DNA of 8,591 nucleotides from a virus (Duplodnaviria; Heunggongvirae; Uroviricota; Caudoviricetes): IMG/VR virus record IMGVR_UViG_2547132417_000018; one strand, 5' to 3'. Shown piece by piece: positions 1 to 5,818 of this stretch (position 1 is its first letter; each line of letters starts with the position of its first letter). The notes under the pieces were generated by a model. It saw only the letters and a program-made list of their open reading frames with translations, ran no database searches and was not told where the DNA came from. The position numbers and the translations under genes were made by a program.

Positions 1-282
1 ATGAAAGTTAAAATTTTTATTGGGATGTGTCTTTGTTTTGTGTCTATGTTGGGGTACGCAAAGACTAATAAATCTGACAGTCAAATTAAACAAGAAATAA
101 TCAGGGAATCTATTGAATCTTATCCCGGAAATTGTGCATGCCCTTATAATCATGCAAGAAATGGAAGTCGATGCGGTGGGCGTAGTGCGTACAGCCGTAG
201 CGGAGGATATAACGTGATTTGTTATGCGAGTGATGTTACTGATGAAATGGTTAGGCAATGGAGACAAGAGCATAATAGTTAA
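1..282 (+). CDS. Small secreted cysteine-containing hypothetical protein (93 aa), probable cargo gene
   Basis: Complete ORF from ATG at 1 to TAA at 280-282. N-terminus MKVKIFIGMCLCFVSMLGYA looks like a signal peptide. Mature part has a Cys/Gly-rich motif GNCACPYN...GSRCGGRSAYSRSGGY. Region is markedly more AT-rich than the tail genes. Followed by a hairpin terminator at 321-352. Product family not recognised with certainty. Confidence 0.6.
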   Translation: MKVKIFIGMCLCFVSMLGYAKTNKSDSQIKQEIIRESIESYPGNCACPYNHARNGSRCGGRSAYSRSGGYNVICYASDVTDEMVRQWRQEHNS

Positions 283-320
283 TTTTAATTAACTATTTTG
301 TTGAAAAGAAATAAAAGAAA

Positions 321-352
321 ACCCGCAGTCTTTACGCTGCGGGTTTGTTGTT
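321..352. terminator. Bidirectional rho-independent terminator
   Basis: Stem ACCCGCAG (321-328), loop TCTTTACG, stem CTGCGGGT (337-344), then TTTGTTGTT on the plus strand. On the minus strand the hairpin is followed by TTTTCTTTTATTTCTTTT. Placed to end both the 1..282 gene and the leftward hok-like transcript. Confidence 0.6.
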
Positions 353-432
353 CGTGTCTGTGAGATAGGGTACCTTATCGACCTTACCCTGGCAACCGAT
401 TGACGGGGGATTGCTCCCCCGTCGCGGTTTCC

Positions 433-573
433 TTACTGCTTACACTGTAAGAACGCCGCAAACTCCGCTCCCCAGAAGCTCATCCGTATTTCACACAGCG
501 AACCGTGCAGCATCCAGATGATGAGGATTGCCGTCACGCAGAACGTGATGGCCGTAAGCGATTTTTGCGACAT
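433..573 (-). CDS. hok: Hok/Gef-family type I toxin (46 aa), absent from the ORF track because it is short
   Basis: Minus-strand ORF from ATG (573..571) to TAA (435..433) translates to MSQKSLTAITFCVTAILIIWMLHGSLCEIRMSFWGAEFAAFLQCKQ. It has one N-terminal hydrophobic helix followed by the SLCEIR motif and a C-terminal E-x-AAFL-x-C motif, as in plasmid R1 Hok (KSLCEIR...EVAAFMAY) and HokA (SLCEL...ELAAFLACK). SD AAGGAG lies 8 nt upstream of the ATG. Confidence 0.75.
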   Translation of the reverse strand: MSQKSLTAITFCVTAILIIWMLHGSLCEIRMSFWGAEFAAFLQCKQ

Positions 574-703
574 AGCACTTGCTCCTTTTCCGGAGAGGCG
601 CTAACCTTTCACTTGTCAAGGTAATGCGGTTAGGGCCTCGGTTAAACAGATATGTTTTCCGGGGCCTTTCCACATCCGGCCTTCGGGTATTCCCTCCGAC
701 CAT
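491..703 (-). CDS. mok: mok-like overlapping reading frame (70 codons) upstream of and overlapping the hok-like gene
   Basis: Track ORF 491..703 (minus) starts 130 nt upstream of the hok ATG and overlaps it in another frame. This is the architecture of mok/hok in plasmid R1, where Mok is also 70 codons. No sequence conservation is expected, so the call rests on architecture alone. Confidence 0.35.
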   Translation of the reverse strand: MVGGNTRRPDVERPRKTYLFNRGPNRITLTSERLAPLRKRSKCYVAKIAYGHHVLRDGNPHHLDAARFAV

Positions 704-763
704 CAGCCGAAAGGCACCCGCACGTAATCTATCGCTTTTTTGTTACTCCGGCAATTCTGCCTG

Positions 764-1024
764 TTAATTCTGAGGTAAAGGCAAACTCATCTGATTGTTT
801 CCCCTGTGTGAAGCTGGCAGCTCATGCCACGGAATACCTTCTGATGAGTGAACGCCGGAGGCGTGTTTCGATGTGAATTTATGGAAGGCTTCCAGTGTTG
901 AGAAGCATACGCCGCATTCTAGGTTGTTACACTGGTAATACTTTTGCCGCACGGTGTTTGAATCATTTTCCGGACGACTGGTGCGGATACGGGCAGATGC
1001 GCCACAAAGCGGACAACGGAACAT
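764..1024 (-). CDS. ogr: Ogr/Delta-family zinc-finger late-gene transcriptional activator (86 aa)
   Basis: N-terminus MFRCPLCGASARIRTSR...YYQCNNLECGVCFS matches the P2 Ogr Cys4 zinc-finger pattern (MFHCPLC...RTSR...YHQCQNVNC). Strong SD AGGGAGG 5 nt upstream of the ATG. About 14 residues longer at the C-terminus than the 72-aa P2 Ogr. Confidence 0.85.
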   Translation of the reverse strand: MFRCPLCGASARIRTSRPENDSNTVRQKYYQCNNLECGVCFSTLEAFHKFTSKHASGVHSSEGIPWHELPASHRGNNQMSLPLPQN

Positions 1025-1066
1025 AGCGACCTCCCTTAACGTGGTGCTGCCGCTATTCTAAGTTCT

Positions 1067-2176
1067 TCACTCTGTTTCCGCTATCCATTCCGGGATTTTT
1101 GCCTCAAGCTCAAGCTGTGTGGTAAAGCCGCTGTTATCAATGGTGTGCTCAGCTTTTGCAATAATCCAGTCCTGATTGTCGATGTCACTTTTGAAGCCTT
1201 TCACCGTGCCATGCATTTCGGGATAGAGTTCTGCGCGTCCACGCGCCAGCGTGATGGAGAATGATGCGGCTCCGCGTTGTAGCTGCTGCCATTTTGCCGC
1301 TGCTGCGCGTCTTGCTGCCTGCTCGTTCTGATAAGTCTTGCGTAACACAAACACATTGCCTTCTGCGCCTTCCATATAATCACCTTCACGGCTGCTGCTT
1401 TTCTCCTTTTTGGGTTTTGGCGGTTTGCGGCGTTTCACGCTGACTTTTTTCTTTTTCCCGTAATTAAGATCAAGCCAGTAAGCGCGTACCCCCGTATACG
1501 CCTCGCGGTCAGCAATGCGGAACTGATGGCGATCGCCGCTGCTGCGTGTGATGGCGAACGATGGCAACGGCTGGCCCTGTGCGTTCACGCCACCGCCGGG
1601 CATGATGAATAACAGATTACCGCTTTTTACCGTGGTGATTGCGCCCAGCATTTCCGCCATGCGCGTAAGGAAGGACATGTCACTTTCTTCGGTCTGGTCG
1701 GCGTGGTCGATTTCGATATCCATCAGCATTTCGCTGATTTGCGGTTTCAGACCATACCGATGAGCGATGGCGGATACCACTCGCTCAACGGTCACATCAT
1801 GCCAGGACACCTCACGTTTAACGTTAAATTCATCCCGAAAATCTGCGCTTCTGGCTGAAACCGTCAGCCTGTTCGGCGGTCCTTCGTGAGCGATTTCATC
1901 AACAATGTAAGTGCCTTTTTCTGTCAGCGGTTCTCCTTTCCAGCCAATGAGAACCGTCAGGCGCGCGCCCCGTGGCGGTAGCTGCAACTGACCATCCGCA
2001 TCATCCAGCGTGATGGTGAGCTGGTCCGCTTCAAATCCCCGGTTGTCAGTCAGTGACAGACTCATCAGGCGCTCTGCCACGCCGGACAGCGTTTCCCCCT
2101 CCGCGAGAATATCAAAATCCGGCATTTTCACGGGGTCTGTGCTCTGACTGAGCAATTGCATGGTGGTGTCGGTCAT
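1067..2176 (-). CDS. D: P2 gpD-like tail protein (late control D protein), 369 aa from the SD-supported start
   Basis: Track ORF 1067..2197 is collinear with P2 gpD in sequence, with conserved blocks LSLTDNRGFEADQL, ITLDDADGQ, SWHD, NFLTR, KVSVKR, YMEG-EGNV, RLQRGAA-FSI and LYPEM. The in-frame ATG at 2176 is preceded by AGGGAGG with a 5-nt spacer; the upstream ATG at 2197 has no SD, so 2176 is preferred. Confidence 0.9.
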   Translation of the reverse strand: MTDTTMQLLSQSTDPVKMPDFDILAEGETLSGVAERLMSLSLTDNRGFEADQLTITLDDADGQLQLPPRGARLTVLIGWKGEPLTEKGTYIVDEIAHEGPPNRLTVSARSADFRDEFNVKREVSWHDVTVERVVSAIAHRYGLKPQISEMLMDIEIDHADQTEESDMSFLTRMAEMLGAITTVKSGNLLFIMPGGGVNAQGQPLPSFAITRSSGDRHQFRIADREAYTGVRAYWLDLNYGKKKKVSVKRRKPPKPKKEKSSSREGDYMEGAEGNVFVLRKTYQNEQAARRAAAAKWQQLQRGAASFSITLARGRAELYPEMHGTVKGFKSDIDNQDWIIAKAEHTIDNSGFTTQLELEAKIPEWIAETE

Positions 2177-2332
2177 CTTTCCCTCCCTGTGCGGCATGGT
2201 CGCATGTGCGTGCGGAGTGGGTTACTGCTTTTTGTTGTCGCCGTGGCGGGAGAACGGCGCAGGGGTGAGATTACGCGCGTGGTGGGTGATGATTGTTGCC
2301 GAATCATTTAACGGATACAAGGGGCTGAAGCT
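2177..2332. promoter_or_regulatory. Divergent intergenic region between D (leftward) and FI (rightward), presumed late promoters, with a central dyad
   Basis: 156-bp noncoding gap between two divergently transcribed late operons. Contains a perfect inverted repeat CGCCGT (2239-2244), 9-nt spacer, ACGGCG (2254-2259), preceded by TTTTTGTTGT. The canonical P2 TGT-N12-ACA Ogr box was not found by eye. Confidence 0.3.
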
Positions 2333-3517
2333 ATGAGTGAAACTCGTTTTCATGGTGCCCGTGTTACGGAAAATACCGACCTGGTAACAGCGATTAACGA
2401 TGTTGATTCCAGTGTTATCGGTATCGTGGCAACGGCGGATGATGCGGACGCGAAGCTGTTCCCGCTGAACAAGCCCACACTGCTGACCCGCGTCAATGAC
2501 GTGCTGGGAAAATGCGGGACAACGGGGACGCTTTATCGTGCGCTTAAGGCCATCGCAGACCAGGTGAGCACAAAGGTGATCGTCGTTCGCGTGGCTGAAC
2601 ACAAAGAAGAAGACGGAAAGACGCAGGATCAACTGGTTATCGGTGGTTCTGAGGATGACGGCAGCTATACGGGGATGTATGCGCTGCTTGTTGCAGAGCA
2701 GGATGAAAGCATCGGATACCGTCCGCGTATTCTGGCCGCGCCGGAGCTGGACACGGAAGCGGTAACAAAATCCCTGTGCGTGATTGCGGGTAAACTGCGC
2801 GCGTTTGTGTATGCCTCATGTCATGACTGTAACACGATGGCTGAGGCAATTACCTACCGCCAGAAATTCAACGAACGTGAGGTGATGCTCTTATGGCCGG
2901 ACTTCATCGCCTACAACCCGAAAAGTGGCAAAAACGAAACGTTCCCCGCGCCTGCCTATGCGTGCGGCCTTCGTGCGTACATTGACCATGAGCAGGGCTG
3001 GCACAAATCGCTGTCCAACGTTCCGGTCAAAAATGTGCTGGGGATGTCGAGGCATGTGTTCTGGTCGTTGCAGGCCGAAGACAGTGATGCCAACAGTCTC
3101 AATAACAAAGAAATCACGACCATTATTCGTCGCAACGGGTTCCGCTTCTGGGGCAACCGCACACCGGAAACGAACGCCTACATCTTTGAGGTGTATACCC
3201 GAACCGCACAGGTGCTGGCTGATTCAATTGCGGAAGCGCAGTTTGAAACCATCGACAGTCCACTGACGCCTGCGAACGTGAAGGATGTTATCAGCGCCAT
3301 CAGGGCAAAACTGGATTCACTGGTGACTGCCGGGAAACTGATTGGCGCGGAGTGCTGGTATGACGTGGTGGATAACAGCACCACGGATTTACGTCAGGGG
3401 CGTGTGCGTATTCGCTACAAATATACGCCTGTTCCCCCGCTGGAAGATATGGAGCTTTACCAGACGTTTACTGATGAATACTTTGAACCCGCATTTGCGG
3501 TGCTGGGAGGTGCCTGA
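2333..3517 (+). CDS. FI: Contractile tail sheath protein (P2 gpFI-like), 394 aa
   Basis: Collinear similarity to P2 FI, including LFPLNKP, RAF-Y-S, YRQ-F, WPDF, EQGWHK-LSNV, IRR-GFRFWGNRT, YTRTAQV and YKYTPVPPLE blocks. SD AAGGGG upstream. Stop TGA overlaps the FII start (TGATG). Confidence 0.93.
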   Translation: MSETRFHGARVTENTDLVTAINDVDSSVIGIVATADDADAKLFPLNKPTLLTRVNDVLGKCGTTGTLYRALKAIADQVSTKVIVVRVAEHKEEDGKTQDQLVIGGSEDDGSYTGMYALLVAEQDESIGYRPRILAAPELDTEAVTKSLCVIAGKLRAFVYASCHDCNTMAEAITYRQKFNEREVMLLWPDFIAYNPKSGKNETFPAPAYACGLRAYIDHEQGWHKSLSNVPVKNVLGMSRHVFWSLQAEDSDANSLNNKEITTIIRRNGFRFWGNRTPETNAYIFEVYTRTAQVLADSIAEAQFETIDSPLTPANVKDVISAIRAKLDSLVTAGKLIGAECWYDVVDNSTTDLRQGRVRIRYKYTPVPPLEDMELYQTFTDEYFEPAFAVLGGA

Positions 3518-4029
3518 TGGCTGTGCCAAAACATCTTCGCTTTTTTACGCTGTTTGTGGATGGTGAAAACGAAGTGGGTAAGGTGACATCCGTCACGCCG
3601 CCCAAACTGACGCGCAAAACCGACAGCTATCGTGGTGGAGGCATGATGGGGGCGGTAAGTATTGATCTCGGTCTGGATGACTCCGCGCTTGATGCGAGCT
3701 TTGTCATGGGGGGCGCAGTTCGTGAGCTGTTCCTTAAATATGGCGGCACGATTGACGGCACGCTGCTGCGTTTTGCGGGTGAATACTACACCGATGCAGA
3801 AAGCGATCTGTATGAAATCGAGATGCGCGGGCGTGTGACGGAAATTGATATGGGGGAAGCCAAACAGGGCGAAGCCACATCACACACTTACGCTGTCAAA
3901 AACACCTACTACAAGCTGAGCGTTAACGATCGCCCGCTGTGGGAAATCGACCTGCTGAACCACATCTACCGGAAGGACGGCAAGGACATTGTGCCAGATC
4001 GCATCCGTTCCGCGCTTGGGCTTGGCTGA
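3517..4029 (+). CDS. FII: Tail tube protein (P2 gpFII-like), 170 aa
   Basis: Directly follows and is translationally coupled to FI (ATG overlaps the FI stop). Size and position match P2 FII; N-terminus contains the AVPK-LRFF-L-DGE motif seen in P2-type tube proteins. Confidence 0.92.
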   Translation: MAVPKHLRFFTLFVDGENEVGKVTSVTPPKLTRKTDSYRGGGMMGAVSIDLGLDDSALDASFVMGGAVRELFLKYGGTIDGTLLRFAGEYYTDAESDLYEIEMRGRVTEIDMGEAKQGEATSHTYAVKNTYYKLSVNDRPLWEIDLLNHIYRKDGKDIVPDRIRSALGLG

Positions 4030-4084
4030 TAAGTAATATGCAGGCGGCGCAGTGCGTCGCCTCTGACTGAAAAGGAGACAACTG

Positions 4085-4459
4085 ATGAAAGACATCGATA
4101 CTGAAACCCGGAATAACACCGTGGCGGATGATGTGACGGCAGGTGAGGATATGGCTGTCGAACGTGGCGTAAAACTGACCCGACCAATTGAGCGTGGTGG
4201 CGAAAAAATCACGTATGTGGAGATCACCGGGGCTATTGAGCAGGCTGGATCCCTGCGTGGTCTGTCGCTGTCTGATGTGCTGAATCTGAAAGCGGATACC
4301 ATGTTTACGCTGTTGCCTCGCGTGACCTCGCCACGACTGGATGAAGTGATGATTAAAAAAATGTCGTCACGCGATTTTATTCAGTTGTGCGCTGTGGCTG
4401 TAAATTTTATGAGCGAGCCAGACTCTGGCGCGAAGAGCGTGCAGGAGACGGCAGCGTAA
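4085..4459 (+). CDS. E: Tail assembly chaperone (P2 gpE-like), 124 aa
   Basis: Strong SD AAAGGAG upstream. Contains the G-LRG-SL motif shared with P2 gpE. Sits between the tube and tape-measure genes, as the chaperone does in P2. Confidence 0.85.
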   Translation: MKDIDTETRNNTVADDVTAGEDMAVERGVKLTRPIERGGEKITYVEITGAIEQAGSLRGLSLSDVLNLKADTMFTLLPRVTSPRLDEVMIKKMSSRDFIQLCAVAVNFMSEPDSGAKSVQETAA

Positions 4460-4623
4460 TCACGGTTGTGTGCTTTGAGCACATCGAAGATCTAGTGGCG
4501 GATATTGCCGCCATTTTTAACTGGTCGCCCGCCGAAATCTTCATGATGACGCCCGGCGAAGTGGTTAGCTGGCGTGAGCGGGCGGCACTTCGCAGCGGGA
4601 ATGCAGATAATGAAGACTCTTGA
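4085..4623 (+). CDS. Tail assembly chaperone frameshift product (P2 gpE+E'-like), made by a programmed -1 ribosomal frameshift near 4402-4408
   Basis: The -1 frame is open from 4357 to the TGA at 4621-4623. A canonical X_XXY_YYZ slippery heptamer A_AAT_TTT (4402-4408) lies in the E zero frame (GTA AAT TTT ATG). A GC hairpin GCCAG-ACT-CTGGC (4417-4429) follows 8 nt downstream. The site aligns with where P2 E shifts into E'. Predicted fusion is about 178 aa. Confidence 0.55.
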
Positions 4624-5818
4624 TATCCGGGTCGCTTTCAGCGCCGTTGACAGGCTGACCCGGCCTGCCGAAAACGCCCGCCGCCTGATGGGGCGGTTTG
4701 GTGACTCCATCCAGCGAACGCAGGGGGCGATCAAAAATCTCGAGCGTCAGGCGCGTTCATTTGAGCGCGCCCGTGACGCTGTCAGTAAAGCGGATGCTGG
4801 CATATTGAAAGCACGACGCCAGCTTAACGCTCTTAATCAGTTACAACGCACGGGTACAGTGCTCAGCGAAAAACAACAAAAGCTGATGCAGCAGTTAAGC
4901 ACCCGGCTTGAACGCCTGAATGAATCGCGCACACGGGAAATTCAGAAAATGCGGGAACTTGGCGGAGAGCTGAAACGCCACGGCATTTCCCTGACAGGCA
5001 GCGATAACACCATCCAGCAGGCCATCAGACGCACCGAACAGTATAACAACCAGCTTGAACGCGAACGGCAGGCGCTTGCGCGTGTAACGCGGGCGCGTGA
5101 GCGGTATTCGCGCGCGCAGGAAACAGCGGGAAAACTGAAAACAGGTGGTGCGCTGGCAATTGGTGCGGCAGCGGCGGGCGGCTATGCTGCCGGGCGTTTT
5201 TTACAGCCCGCGATCGGGTTCGGGAAAGAGATGTCCCGCGTTCAGGCACTGACGCGAATCGACCAGAACAGCCCGCAGTTTAAGGCGCTGCGTGAGCAGG
5301 CGTTAAAACTTGGCTCTGAAACGCAGTTCACCGCAGGCGATGCCGCCAGTGGACAGGCATTTCTTGCAATGGCTGGCTTCACTCCGCAGGCCATTCAGGC
5401 TGCGCTTCCCGGCGTGCTGAGCATGGCAACGGCTGGCGGTATGGATCTCGGCGAGACGGCGGATATTGGCTCAAATATCCTGACGCAGTTCGGCCTTTCT
5501 GCTGACCAGATGGACCGGGTCGGTGACACACTCACTGCAGCGTTTACCCGTACCAACACTGACCTTCGCGCACTGGGCGAAACCATGAAATATGCAGGTC
5601 CGGTGGCGGGTAAGCTGGGAATATCGCTGGAGCAGGCCGCAGCGATGGCTGGCGTGCTGGCGAATATGGGTATCAGGGGAAGTGATGCCGGGACGGCAAT
5701 GCGTGCCAGCCTGGCTCGTCTGGCATCACCGCCAAAGGCAGCAGCAGAGGCGCTGAAAGAGCTGGGCGTGTCCGTCTCTGACGCGGGGGCAAAATGCGCC
5801 CGATGGAAGATCTGCTGA
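4610..5818 (+). CDS. T: Tail tape measure protein (P2 gpT-like), N-terminal fragment ending at a frameshift
   Basis: Coiled-coil-rich, Q/R/E/L-rich sequence typical of a tape measure N-terminus. ATG at 4610 is preferred (GGGA about 10 nt upstream) and overlaps the end of E'; the track's start at 4574 is a GTG. The frame ends at TGA 5816-5818 shortly after a G5 run (5785-5789), where the protein continues in the -1 frame. Confidence 0.78.
   Translation: MKTLDIRVAFSAVDRLTRPAENARRLMGRFGDSIQRTQGAIKNLERQARSFERARDAVSKADAGILKARRQLNALNQLQRTGTVLSEKQQKLMQQLSTRLERLNESRTREIQKMRELGGELKRHGISLTGSDNTIQQAIRRTEQYNNQLERERQALARVTRARERYSRAQETAGKLKTGGALAIGAAAAGGYAAGRFLQPAIGFGKEMSRVQALTRIDQNSPQFKALREQALKLGSETQFTAGDAASGQAFLAMAGFTPQAIQAALPGVLSMATAGGMDLGETADIGSNILTQFGLSADQMDRVGDTLTAAFTRTNTDLRALGETMKYAGPVAGKLGISLEQAAAMAGVLANMGIRGSDAGTAMRASLARLASPPKAAAEALKELGVSVSDAGAKCARWKIC

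Noticed and set aside
402-423. tRNA-like hairpin GACGGGGGA-TTGC-TCCCCCGTC as a possible tRNA integration target
   Set aside because: A 9-bp stem with a 4-nt loop does not fit a T-arm (5-bp stem, 7-nt loop with TTCGAAT), and no acceptor, D or anticodon arms are evident. It is better explained as hok 3' UTR structure.
283-763. P2 attP/cyaR-type attachment core expected just beyond ogr
   Set aside because: No sequence resembling the P2 core (AAAAAATAAGCCCGTGTAAGGGAGATT) or the CyaR 3' end was found. This prophage probably uses a different site, or the junction lies outside the window.
579-876. Plus-strand ORFs 579..767 and 652..876 opposite the hok leader and the ogr 3' end
   Set aside because: No ribosome-binding site or protein-like composition; they lie antisense to better-supported features. 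Any function of this strand is more likely as antisense RNA than as protein.
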